Virus record (IMG/VR): IMGVR_UViG_3300048694_000674
Coordinates: 1 to 64,000 of that record
DNA from: a virus
DNA: 64,000 bases
Reading direction: 5' to 3' (one strand)
Both the position numbers and the translations under genes were made by a program. The notes beneath the pieces are model-generated. The model was not told the origin of the DNA. It saw only the letters and a list, made by a program, of their open reading frames with translations, and did not search any database. Each line of letters begins with the position of its first letter. Position 1 is the first letter of the stretch. Positions 7,640 through 16,397 of this stretch are shown here, piece after piece.

Positions 7640-9934
7640 ATGATTCAACAAATTCAGGTAACGAAACGAGATGGTGTTAAAGAGGCTCTTGATTTAAATA
7701 AATTCCACAAAGTTGTGGCTTGGGCATGTCAGGGCATCAACAATGTTTCCGAGTCTGAAATTGAATTACGTTCTCATATTCAGTTTTATAATGGTATTAA
7801 AACAAGTGACATTCAAGAAACTCTGATCAAGGCAGCTGCTGATTTGATTAGCGAAGATACTCCAGGGTATCAGTATGTTGCAGGTCGTCTGATCAACTAC
7901 CATTTAAGGAAACAAGTCTATGATTCTTACGACCCTCCTAATCTTCGCGATCACATTATCAGTGTTGTCAATAGTGGATATTATGATAAAGACATTCTCG
8001 ATTGGTATTCTTCAAACGAGTTGGATATTCTTAACAGCTTTATTGATCACAGCCGCGATTTTAATATTGCGTATGTTGGGATGGAACAGTTTCGTGGCAA
8101 ATATCTTATAAGAAACAGAGTTACCAATCAAACTTATGAAACACCACAGTTCTGCTATATGCTTATTGCTATGGTTCTGTTTCGTAACTATAAAGAAGAC
8201 AGACTAAAGTGGGTAAAGGATTTATATGATGCAACGTCTAATTTTGAAATTTCAATGCCAACTCCTATTATGGCAGGTCTACGCTCGCCTCAGAAGCAAT
8301 TCAGCTCGTGCGTTCTTATCGAGACAGATGACAGCCTTGATTCAATTTCTTCAACGGCTGCTTCAATCGTTAAGTATGTTAGTCAAAAAGCTGGTATTGG
8401 TATTGGTGCTGGTCGTATTCGTGCTCTCGGCTCTCCTATTCGCGCTGGCGATACTACACATACTGGTGTCATTCCCTTTTATAAACATTTTCAGTCTGCG
8501 GTTAAATCGTGCTCACAAGGCGGTGTCAGAGGCGGTGCAGCAACTCTTTACTACCCTATCTGGCATTTGGAAGTTGAAGATCTGTTAGTTCTAAAGAACA
8601 ACAAAGGTACAGAAGACAATCGTATCAGAGGATTAGACTACGGTGTACAATTCAATAAAGTCATGTATGAAAGACTACTGGGCGGTGGCAATATTACTCT
8701 TTTTAGCCCTAACGACGTTCCTGATCTCTATGACGTTTTCTTTACTGATACTGATAGGTTCAGGGAGCTCTACGAAAAGTATGAGAGATCAACAAAGATT
8801 AGAAAGAAGTCAATCCCTGCCATTGAGCTCTTTTCAGCTTTCATGCAAGAGCGAAAAGACACAGGACGAATTTACCTGCAAAATGTTGACCACGCAAACG
8901 ATCATGGATCCTTTATCAAAGAACTAGCGCCAATCAAGCAGTCAAACCTTTGCTGTGAAATTGATCTACCAACAAAACCACTAAAAGATATTAATGATGA
9001 GAATGGAGAAATTTCACTATGCACACTAGCTGCAATCAACTGGGGAAAAATTCGTGATACTTCTGACTTTGAGCGTCCTTGTACCCTCGCTGTTCGCGCT
9101 TTGGATGAATTGCTGGATTATCAAGAATACCCAGTACTTGCTGCTCGACTTTCAACCATGGCTCGTCGTCCTTTGGGTGTGGGGATTATTAATCTTGCTT
9201 ACTGGCTTGCTCGTAACGATCTATCTTATCAACACATCGATGCTATAGGACTTCAAAAACTTCATGAATATTCTGAAGCATGGTCTTACTATTTGATCAA
9301 GGCATCGATCGATCTTGCAAAAGAAAAAGGTGCATGCCCTAAGAGTGGAGAAACAAAGTATGGACAGGGTATCTTCCCTATTGACACATACAAAAGAGAT
9401 GTTGATGAGCTTTGTGCAGGAGTTCTAACACATAGATGGGAGGCGTTACGCGATGATGTCAAGAAATATGGTATACGAAATTCAACCCTCATGGCTCTTA
9501 TGCCATCAGAGACATCAGCGCAGATTAGTAATGCAACAAACGGTATTGAACCTCCGAGATCGCTCGTATCAGTCAAACAGAGCAAGGATGGAGTACTCAA
9601 ACAAGTTGTACCAGAAGTTAGAAAACTCAAGAAGAAGTATGATCTCCTGTGGGATCAAGCTTCACCCGAAGGCTACCTCAAGATATGTTCCATTCTACAA
9701 AAGTTCATTGATCAAGGTATCTCCGTCAACACATCATACAATCCCAAGTTCTATGAAGAAGAAAAGATCCCAATGTCTGTTATGATTGGTCACCTTTTGA
9801 TGTTCTATAAGTATGGTGGCAAACAGCTCTACTACTTCAATACTTTTGATGGTGCTGGTGAAATTGAAATGAAACAACCAGAATTACAGGCTGGCGAAAT
9901 TGATGATGAAGATTGCGAAGCATGTAAGATATGA
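7640..9934 (+). CDS. nrdA: Ribonucleotide reductase class Ia alpha subunit
   Basis: ATP cone VTKRDG; PTPIMAG, FSSCVL, SNLCCEI, C-terminal CEACKI. Confidence 0.97.
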   Translation: MIQQIQVTKRDGVKEALDLNKFHKVVAWACQGINNVSESEIELRSHIQFYNGIKTSDIQETLIKAAADLISEDTPGYQYVAGRLINYHLRKQVYDSYDPPNLRDHIISVVNSGYYDKDILDWYSSNELDILNSFIDHSRDFNIAYVGMEQFRGKYLIRNRVTNQTYETPQFCYMLIAMVLFRNYKEDRLKWVKDLYDATSNFEISMPTPIMAGLRSPQKQFSSCVLIETDDSLDSISSTAASIVKYVSQKAGIGIGAGRIRALGSPIRAGDTTHTGVIPFYKHFQSAVKSCSQGGVRGGAATLYYPIWHLEVEDLLVLKNNKGTEDNRIRGLDYGVQFNKVMYERLLGGGNITLFSPNDVPDLYDVFFTDTDRFRELYEKYERSTKIRKKSIPAIELFSAFMQERKDTGRIYLQNVDHANDHGSFIKELAPIKQSNLCCEIDLPTKPLKDINDENGEISLCTLAAINWGKIRDTSDFERPCTLAVRALDELLDYQEYPVLAARLSTMARRPLGVGIINLAYWLARNDLSYQHIDAIGLQKLHEYSEAWSYYLIKASIDLAKEKGACPKSGETKYGQGIFPIDTYKRDVDELCAGVLTHRWEALRDDVKKYGIRNSTLMALMPSETSAQISNATNGIEPPRSLVSVKQSKDGVLKQVVPEVRKLKKKYDLLWDQASPEGYLKICSILQKFIDQGISVNTSYNPKFYEEEKIPMSVMIGHLLMFYKYGGKQLYYFNTFDGAGEIEMKQPELQAGEIDDEDCEACKI

Positions 9935-10149
9935 GTAATATAACACAATTAAATCCACCAATTCCATTGATGACGCCGAAAGGTAAAGCAATCGCACATT
10001 TCATAATTGATTATGGAATAGAAAACGATTTGATGTGGGTTTGCTTTCAAGACGATACTGGCGAATGTTGGACTTGGGAAAATGCTTATATTAGAGCAAG
10101 AATAAATGAAACTATTGGTAGATCTAAAATGAGTAAGATAGAAAAATGA
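9931..10149 (+). CDS. Hypothetical phage protein
   Basis: Stop/start overlaps (ATGA) with nrdA and nrdB. Confidence 0.7.
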   Translation: MSNITQLNPPIPLMTPKGKAIAHFIIDYGIENDLMWVCFQDDTGECWTWENAYIRARINETIGRSKMSKIEK

Positions 10150-11246
10150 GTTATTCAGTATTTGATTCGGGAAATAAAAAAGATCACACACAGGTAAAAG
10201 CATTCTTTGATAATGCTCCGACTATTGCTCGTTATGATAAGCAGAAGTATAACTGGATTGAAAAGTTAACTGATCGTCAGCTCGGATTCTTCTGGCGTCC
10301 AGAGGAAGTTGACATATACAAAGATGCTAAAGACTTCAAGGATCTGACAAAACATGAACAACACATCTTCACCAGCAATCTCAAGCGACAAATCCTTCTT
10401 GACTCTGTGCAAGGACGAGCTCCAACAGCAGCATTTGGTCCTATTTGTTCCTTACCAGAACTGGAAACATGGATCACTACCTGGACATTTAGCGAAACAA
10501 TACACAGCAGAAGTTATACACACATCATTAGGAACATATATCCAAATCCTTCGAAAGTTTTCGATGAAATAACAGATATTGTAGAGATCATTGATTGTGC
10601 TAAAGACATCAGTATACACTATGACAACTTAATTGATTGGAATAACTCTGCTATAGCAAATCATTTAGATACAAATAACAAATACGAACATAAGAAAGCT
10701 CTATGGCTTGCACTCGTATCAGTAAACATTCTTGAAGGAGTTAGATTCTATGTATCTTTTGCATGCTCATGGGCATTTGCAGAAGTAAAGAAAATGGAAG
10801 GCAATGCCAAGATCATCAAGTTTATTGCTCGTGACGAAAACTTACATCTTGCTGGAACACAACAGTTATTGAAAGCGTTAGTTAAAGAAGATGAAGACTT
10901 TGCCAAGATTGCAGAAGAAACAAAAGATGAATGTGTAAAAATGTTTATTGATTGTGTCAATCAAGAAAAGGCATGGTCAAGTTATCTATTCAAAGACGGA
11001 TCAATGATTGGTCTGAACGCATCCTTATTGGATGAATATATAGAGTGGATTGCTAACAAACGTATGACAGCTATTGGTTTGCCTACTCCATACAAAGGTG
11101 GTTCTAATCCTTTGCCATGGACACAAAAGTGGATCTCAGGAGCTGAAGTGCAGGTAGCGCCACAGGAAACAGAAGTCCAGTCATATATAATCGGAGGAGT
11201 AAAAAAAGACGTAACAACAGATACATTCAAAGGATTCTCATTATGA
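10146..11246 (+). CDS. nrdB: Ribonucleotide reductase class Ia beta subunit
   Basis: FFWRPEEV, LLDSVQGR, ETIHSRSY, LEGVRFYVSF, DENLH, QVAPQE. Confidence 0.97.
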   Translation: MSYSVFDSGNKKDHTQVKAFFDNAPTIARYDKQKYNWIEKLTDRQLGFFWRPEEVDIYKDAKDFKDLTKHEQHIFTSNLKRQILLDSVQGRAPTAAFGPICSLPELETWITTWTFSETIHSRSYTHIIRNIYPNPSKVFDEITDIVEIIDCAKDISIHYDNLIDWNNSAIANHLDTNNKYEHKKALWLALVSVNILEGVRFYVSFACSWAFAEVKKMEGNAKIIKFIARDENLHLAGTQQLLKALVKEDEDFAKIAEETKDECVKMFIDCVNQEKAWSSYLFKDGSMIGLNASLLDEYIEWIANKRMTAIGLPTPYKGGSNPLPWTQKWISGAEVQVAPQETEVQSYIIGGVKKDVTTDTFKGFSL

Positions 11247-12148
11247 AAAAACTATTAGCAATTTTATTTACTATTTTCACTACATCAGTTTATGCAGCAG
11301 AAATCACAGGAGCAGGAGCAACTTTTCCATATCCTGTTTATTCAAAGTGGGCTGACTTATATAAGAAAGAAACAGGTAATACAATAAATTATCAATCGAT
11401 TGGTTCTGGCGCTGGTATCAAGCAGATTCAAGCTAAGACAGTAACATTTGGCGCTTCTGATATTCCTCTACAAGAAAAAGATCTTATTAAAGATGGATTG
11501 TTTCAGTTCCCAATGGTAATTGGTGGCAATGTCATTGTAGTAAATGTTGAAGGTGTAAAGAGTGGAGAGCTAAACATCGACGGTCCAGTTATTGCTGATA
11601 TTTTCCTCGGCAACATCAAAAAGTGGAATGATGATAAAATACAAAAACTCAATCCTTCAATAAAGTTACCAAACACAAACATTGCTGTTGTACATAGAGC
11701 TGATGGATCTGGAACAACTTACATCTTTACAAAATATCTTTCTTCAGTTTCTAAAGAATGGGAAAGTAAAGTTGGTGCAGACTCATCTATTGAATGGCCA
11801 ACAGGCGTAGGCGCTAAAGGTAATGATGGTGTTGCTGGTAATGTGGCTCAAACTAAAAATTCAATCGGCTATGTTGAATATGCATTCGCTAAACAAAGTA
11901 ATCTTGTAATTACTAAGATAAATGGCGTATCTCCATCAAAGCAAACATTTCAAACAAATGAATGGCCAATCACTTCTCCAACTTATATAATCATGTATAA
12001 AACACCTGTTGATGTAGCTGCCCAAAAAGAGGCATTTAAATTTTTTGAATGGTGCTATAACAATGGCGATAAAATAGCTGACGAATTAGATTACGTTCCT
12101 CTTTCTAAACAAGAAAAGAGTGATATTATAAAAGGATGGAACAAATGA
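11243..12148 (+). CDS. pstS: Phosphate ABC transporter binding protein
   Basis: Signal peptide; GAGATFPYP, YQSIGSGAG, FGASD, HRADGSGTT, GYVEYA. Confidence 0.93.
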   Translation: MKKLLAILFTIFTTSVYAAEITGAGATFPYPVYSKWADLYKKETGNTINYQSIGSGAGIKQIQAKTVTFGASDIPLQEKDLIKDGLFQFPMVIGGNVIVVNVEGVKSGELNIDGPVIADIFLGNIKKWNDDKIQKLNPSIKLPNTNIAVVHRADGSGTTYIFTKYLSSVSKEWESKVGADSSIEWPTGVGAKGNDGVAGNVAQTKNSIGYVEYAFAKQSNLVITKINGVSPSKQTFQTNEWPITSPTYIIMYKTPVDVAAQKEAFKFFEWCYNNGDKIADELDYVPLSKQEKSDIIKGWNK

Positions 12149-12315
12149 TTACATGCGAAGAATGCGAAGAAGAGTTTGAGATTGTTTGTGATACAATCGT
12201 TCAACCAGAGTTTTGTCCATTCTGTGGATCTAAGTTAGCATACGATGATTTAGATTTATGGGAAAGCTTGAGCGATGATGAAACAGATGAAGATGATGAT
12301 TTAGACGACAAATAA
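12145..12315 (+). CDS. Small zinc-ribbon protein with acidic tail
   Basis: MITCEECEEEF...FCPFCGSKL...DDDLDDK, 56 aa; overlaps the pstS stop. Confidence 0.75.
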   Translation: MITCEECEEEFEIVCDTIVQPEFCPFCGSKLAYDDLDLWESLSDDETDEDDDLDDK

Positions 12316-12349
12316 ACCACAATAAATATAGGGAGGAGGACTCCCTGTA

Positions 12350-12757
12350 ATGTGGCTTTATGAAAATGTAGTATTTGAACAGATACCTGAGGGAATAGTT
12401 GGGTTTGTATATTGTATTACCAATCTCACCAATAGCAGGAAGTACTTGGGGAAGAAGAATTTTTACTTCTCCAAGACAAAAACTGTTAAAGGTAAAAAGA
12501 AAAGATTCAAAGTCGAATCAGATTGGCGAGATTATTATGGTTCAAACAAAGAACTCAACGCAGATGTTACTCTACTCGGTAAAGAAAACTTCAAAAGAGA
12601 AATCCTAAAACTCTGCAAGTCCAAAGGTGAATTTGGATACTACGAAGCTAAGTATCAATTTGAAAACAATGTTCTTGAGTCAGATGACTGGTATAACTCG
12701 TGGATTATGGTAAGAATTCACAAAAAACATTTGACTTTTCTCAAAAATCAGGTATAA
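12350..12757 (+). CDS. Short GIY-YIG nuclease (endonuclease II/DenA-like)
   Basis: GFVYCITNLTNSRKYLGKK, YYGS, FKREIL, WYN; 135 aa. Confidence 0.75.
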   Translation: MWLYENVVFEQIPEGIVGFVYCITNLTNSRKYLGKKNFYFSKTKTVKGKKKRFKVESDWRDYYGSNKELNADVTLLGKENFKREILKLCKSKGEFGYYEAKYQFENNVLESDDWYNSWIMVRIHKKHLTFLKNQV

Positions 12758-12766
12758 TTATAACTT

Positions 12767-12843
12767 GCCCGTGTATTCCAATCGGTAGAGAAGGTGGACT
12801 TAAAATCCATACAGTGTCAGTTCGAGTCTGACCACGGGCACCA
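12767..12843 (+). tRNA. tRNA-Leu(TAA)
   Basis: Acceptor GCCCGTG/CACGGGC-ACCA; anticodon arm GTGGA-CTTAAAA-TCCAT; T arm GTCAG-TTCGAGT-CTGAC; upstream TTGACT-16-TATAAT. Confidence 0.9.
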
Positions 12844-12862
12844 GATAATAAATAGGTTAGTC

Positions 12863-13339
12863 ATGAAACACGAGTTCAACGTAGATGAAGTTAAAGAATT
12901 TATCCGTAACACTTCAGATGCATCCAATATTTACATTGGAGCCGATAGCGAACGCTATCGTGGTGACGACGACCAGTGGTATGCTGATTACACAGTTGCT
13001 ATCGTGGTTCATCTTGATGGCTCACGTGGATGTAAAGTATTCGGGAAAGTCACTACTGAGCGCGATTATGACAGACGACACGACCGTCCAGCGTACAGAT
13101 TGATGAATGAAGTATATAAGGCATCAGAGATGTACCTCGAACTGGCTGATGCAATTGGCGATCGTCATGCTGAAGTACATCTTGACATTAATCCTGATTA
13201 CATGCATGGTAGCTCCTGCGTTGTTACCCAAGCTATTGGTTATGTTTTGGGAACGTGTAATGTCAAGCCTATGATCAAGCCAGAAGCCTTCGCAGCAAGT
13301 TATGCTGCCGATAGATTGAAAGAAATCCTTTCTCACTGA
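12863..13339 (+). CDS. RNase H-like YkuK-family protein
   Basis: IYIGADS, RLMNEVY, EVHLDIN, KPEAFAASYAAD; start moved to ATG 12863 downstream of the tRNA. Confidence 0.82.
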   Translation: MKHEFNVDEVKEFIRNTSDASNIYIGADSERYRGDDDQWYADYTVAIVVHLDGSRGCKVFGKVTTERDYDRRHDRPAYRLMNEVYKASEMYLELADAIGDRHAEVHLDINPDYMHGSSCVVTQAIGYVLGTCNVKPMIKPEAFAASYAADRLKEILSH

Positions 13340-13346
13340 GGAATAC

Positions 13347-13423
13347 GTCCCTATAGCACAATTGGTCAGTGCCATTCGCTCATAACGGATCGGTTCCAGG
13401 TTCGAGTCCTGGTGGGGACACCA
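13347..13423 (+). tRNA. tRNA with CAT anticodon (probably Ile2, possibly elongator Met)
   Basis: GTCCCTA/TGGGGAC-ACCA; ATTCG-CTCATAA-CGGAT; CCAGG-TTCGAGT-CCTGG; paired 1:72, so not initiator. Confidence 0.9.
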
Positions 13424-13492
13424 ATTATATAATATGCCTTACCCTCGTAAAAATCAGTTTATTATAAATAAATTGAATAGAGGAGTAAGATA

Positions 13493-14173
13493 ATGTTCTT
13501 AGAAAATAAGTATACAAAATGGTATAACGCTATAATTGATAACGCTAAAACTCAACCGCGCCAAAAGAAAAAAGGTATATATTATGAATCTCATCATATT
13601 ATGCCGAAATCATTAGGTGGTATTGAAGAAGTTCTTTTGACTGCTAAAGAACACTATATTTGTCATCTTTTATTATGCAAAATGTTTATTGGTAAAAACA
13701 AATACAAGATGGTGAATGCATTAATAAAAATGGCTTTCAGTAAAAGTAAAGGTCAACATAGGTATACTGCTAGATCTTATGATTTGGTTCGTAAATTTAT
13801 AGCTGAGAAAAATTCAGCCGAATTCAAAGGCGTTCCTAAATCTCAAAAAGCTAGAAATAATATGAAGGGTAATTCTGGTACTTGGAAAAGAACACAAGAA
13901 CATAAAGAAAGAATGATTGGTAAAAATAATCCATCTTATGGCAAAAAAGGTATATTAAATATTGCTAATGATCCAGAAATAAGAAAAAAAATTTCTGATA
14001 AAAAGAAATTTTATGACCTCAATCCTACTAAAAATATTATTTTAGGTAGAGAAAAGATGAGAAAAAATATGAAAAATAAAAAATGGTTTACTAATGGTGA
14101 AAAAGATGTATTTTCTGAAGTATGTCCTGAAGGATACTATAACGGAAGATCAAAAAATAGAAAGGTGAAATGA
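13493..14173 (+). mobile_element. Free-standing HNH homing endonuclease
   Basis: YESHHIMPKSLGG...LTAKEHYICHLLL; GKNNPSYGK, KWFTNG; late promoter TATAAATA 13463-13470. Confidence 0.88.
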
Positions 14174-14275
14174 ATGCATGCTAGGAAAAATCGACCACGT
14201 AAAGGACGCCGTAAAGTTGGATCTGGAAAGAGGAAAGCTCGTCGTCTGAAAGGTAAGAAGAGAGGTAGGAAATGA
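14174..14275 (+). CDS. Small Arg/Lys-rich peptide
   Basis: MHARKNRPRKGRRKVGSGKRKARRLKGKKRGRK; fills the gap exactly between flanking ORFs. Confidence 0.6.
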   Translation: MHARKNRPRKGRRKVGSGKRKARRLKGKKRGRK

Positions 14276-14490
14276 AACCAATTGATGAGAAAATGAAACC
14301 AATTGATGAGGAAATGAAACCAATTGATGAGATTACCTGGGACGACGTCTGCGGAGTTCAGATAATTACAAGTCCAACTGGTTTGATTTTCGCTGAGAAA
14401 ATGAAACCAATTGATGAGGAAATGAAACCAATTGATGAGATTACCTGGGACGACGTCTGCGGAGTTCAGATAATTACAAGTCCAACTGGT
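14272..14490 (+). repeat. Nested tandem repeats: 21-nt unit and a 108-nt-period duplication
   Basis: atgaaaccaattgatgag occurs 5 times; 14286-14382 identical to 14394-14490. Confidence 0.95.
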
Positions 14491-14613
14491 GTAATTTTCT
14501 CATTGCGTCCGAAGTACAACACACAGTCAAATACTGCTGGTGGTTTCGGTGCTGGTAACCAAGACAACGAAACATTCTACAACGAAGTCAATCCAGTTGG
14601 TACCAAAAAGTAA
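14272..14613 (+). CDS. Repeat protein derived from a major capsid protein (gp23) fragment
   Basis: DDVCGVQIITSPTGLIF (two copies) and ETFYNEVN resemble gp23 DICGVQPMxxPTGxxF...EAFxNE. Confidence 0.65.
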   Translation: MKPIDEKMKPIDEEMKPIDEITWDDVCGVQIITSPTGLIFAEKMKPIDEEMKPIDEITWDDVCGVQIITSPTGVIFSLRPKYNTQSNTAGGFGAGNQDNETFYNEVNPVGTKK

Positions 14614-14628
14614 GAAGACAGGTAGGAA

Positions 14629-14997
14629 GTGAAACCAATAATAACTATCTGCTGCCTTCTGTTTTTAGCTGGATGCGCTACTACGGAGGCAGCAGATAAT
14701 AAGAAAATATACAGAGGAACGGCTAGTTGGTACCAAAAAGGTAAGAAAACAGCCGATGGTAAGAAGTTTGATCCGAATAAATACTCTGTAGCACATCGTA
14801 CTCTACCTTTTGGGACGATGTTGAAATTAACAAACGTGGCGAATGGAAACACTATCGAGGCGATCGTAAACGATAGAGGACCATTTGTCAAAAGCAAAGA
14901 ATTAGATGTATCACGTGGAGCTGCTCAAGCATTAGGTTTTTTCCATTCTGGGCAAGCCAAGCTGATTATCGAAGTTCTTGACAGGAGAACAAAATGA
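14629..14997 (+). CDS. rlpA: RlpA-like lipoprotein (DPBB lytic transglycosylase)
   Basis: Lipobox LAGC; GTASWY, AHRTLPFGT, VNDRGPF, LDVSRGAA. Confidence 0.9.
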   Translation: MKPIITICCLLFLAGCATTEAADNKKIYRGTASWYQKGKKTADGKKFDPNKYSVAHRTLPFGTMLKLTNVANGNTIEAIVNDRGPFVKSKELDVSRGAAQALGFFHSGQAKLIIEVLDRRTK

Positions 14998-15803
14998 TTA
15001 AGTTTTTGTTAGCAGCGACTGTTTCTGTCTTTGCATTGACTGCATCGATTGGAGAAGTCAGCGCGAAGCCAAAGCAATCAGAACAACATGTTGTTGTTAA
15101 AAAGAAAAAGAAAGCTAAGAAGAAAGCCGTAAAGAAAGTTGTTGCACCAGTTGCAGCTGCAGTTGCTGCAGCTCCAGTGCTTTTATATGATGATGAAGTT
15201 CCTTCTGGTTTTCTCATGAACGATCAGATCAGAAGAAGCAAGCCAGAAACTATCGAACAGGTTATCGAACAAGCCGAAGAACCAGTAAAAACTACAAAGA
15301 CAAAAGTTGCATCAACTAAGTCAACAAAGACTAAAACAACCACAGTTGCTGTAAAAGAATCTCCTTCTTGCTGGATTTGCACCAACAAAGTAGTTGAGGA
15401 AGCAAAGAAGTGGGAAGGCAAAGATGCTCGTAGAAACAAGCAAGAACTAAAGTCGCTATTCGCTGAAAATTCAGTGCCACCAATTGATCCTACTCGTGTT
15501 CCATGGTGCGCTGCATTTGCGAATGCTATTCTGAATAGAATTGGTTATGAAACAACAAACAGCCTCCAAGCTCGTAGCTTCCTAGCATGGGGTCAGAAAA
15601 CTTGGAATCCAAGTGATGGTGATATTGTTGTGCTTGCCAGAGGAAGAAGTAAGTCAACTGGGCATGTTGGTTTCTTCCAGGGATATGAGACATGGAACGG
15701 TACTAAGTATGTAAAGGTACTTGGCGGTAATACAGACCATGGCGTACAGATTGGTTATTTTCCAGTAAACAGAGTATTAGGTTATAGAACTGCACACGCA
15801 TAA
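14994..15803 (+). CDS. Exported TIGR02594-type (CHAP/NlpC-like) cell-wall hydrolase
   Basis: Signal peptide; PWCAAFAN, ARSFLAWG, GHVGF, VLGGN. Confidence 0.82.
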   Translation: MIKFLLAATVSVFALTASIGEVSAKPKQSEQHVVVKKKKKAKKKAVKKVVAPVAAAVAAAPVLLYDDEVPSGFLMNDQIRRSKPETIEQVIEQAEEPVKTTKTKVASTKSTKTKTTTVAVKESPSCWICTNKVVEEAKKWEGKDARRNKQELKSLFAENSVPPIDPTRVPWCAAFANAILNRIGYETTNSLQARSFLAWGQKTWNPSDGDIVVLARGRSKSTGHVGFFQGYETWNGTKYVKVLGGNTDHGVQIGYFPVNRVLGYRTAHA

Positions 15804-15822
15804 TTGACATCAAGGATTTGTT

Positions 15823-16386
15823 ATGATTGATAAAGAAGATAAAGTATCGAATATACCATCTATTGCAGATCATCACTACCTACTATTCTTTAAAGAGTTT
15901 GATGCATCTAATGCGAGCGAAGCTATTGAGTTTATAATCGCTCGCAATCTTATGAGTAAAAACACTCCCAAATTTATAAAGCTATTGATCAACTCTCCTG
16001 GTGGAGAAGTATCAGCTGCATTCTCATTGATTGATACAATGAAAGGATCGAGGATTCCGATCTATACGTATGGTCTTGGTGAGATTGCTAGTTGCGGACT
16101 TCTCACATTTATTGCTGGTGAGAAAGGTCATAGATATATAACGAGGAACACATCGATTCTTTCTCATCAGTATAGCTGGGGTTCATGGGGTAAGGAGCAT
16201 GAGCTTCATGCCAGAGTAAAAGAATTTGATAACACTCAAGCAAGAATGTTAGAGCACTACAAGAAGTGCACTGGTCTTTCTGAAAAAGATATTAAGAAAT
16301 ATTTGCTTCCACCAGAAGATGTTTGGTTGACTGCAAAAGAAGCTGTGAAGTTTGGCATTGCCGATGAAATTGTTGATTTTTATTGA
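15823..16386 (+). CDS. clpP: ClpP-like protease subunit
   Basis: INSPGGEV, GEIASCG (Ser), ILSHQ (His), EDVWLTAKEAVKFGIAD. Confidence 0.9.
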   Translation: MIDKEDKVSNIPSIADHHYLLFFKEFDASNASEAIEFIIARNLMSKNTPKFIKLLINSPGGEVSAAFSLIDTMKGSRIPIYTYGLGEIASCGLLTFIAGEKGHRYITRNTSILSHQYSWGSWGKEHELHARVKEFDNTQARMLEHYKKCTGLSEKDIKKYLLPPEDVWLTAKEAVKFGIADEIVDFY

Positions 16387-16397
16387 GGAGAAAACAT

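Noticed and set aside
7640-11246. Introns or inteins in nrdA/nrdB
   Set aside because: Both ORFs are continuous and of normal length
12794-12862. N-terminal extension of the YkuK-like ORF in the ORF track
   Set aside because: Overlaps tRNA-Leu; ATG 12863 is the plausible start
14272-14490. Repeats as a CRISPR array
   Set aside because: Units are in-frame coding duplications with no unique spacers; no cas operon nearby
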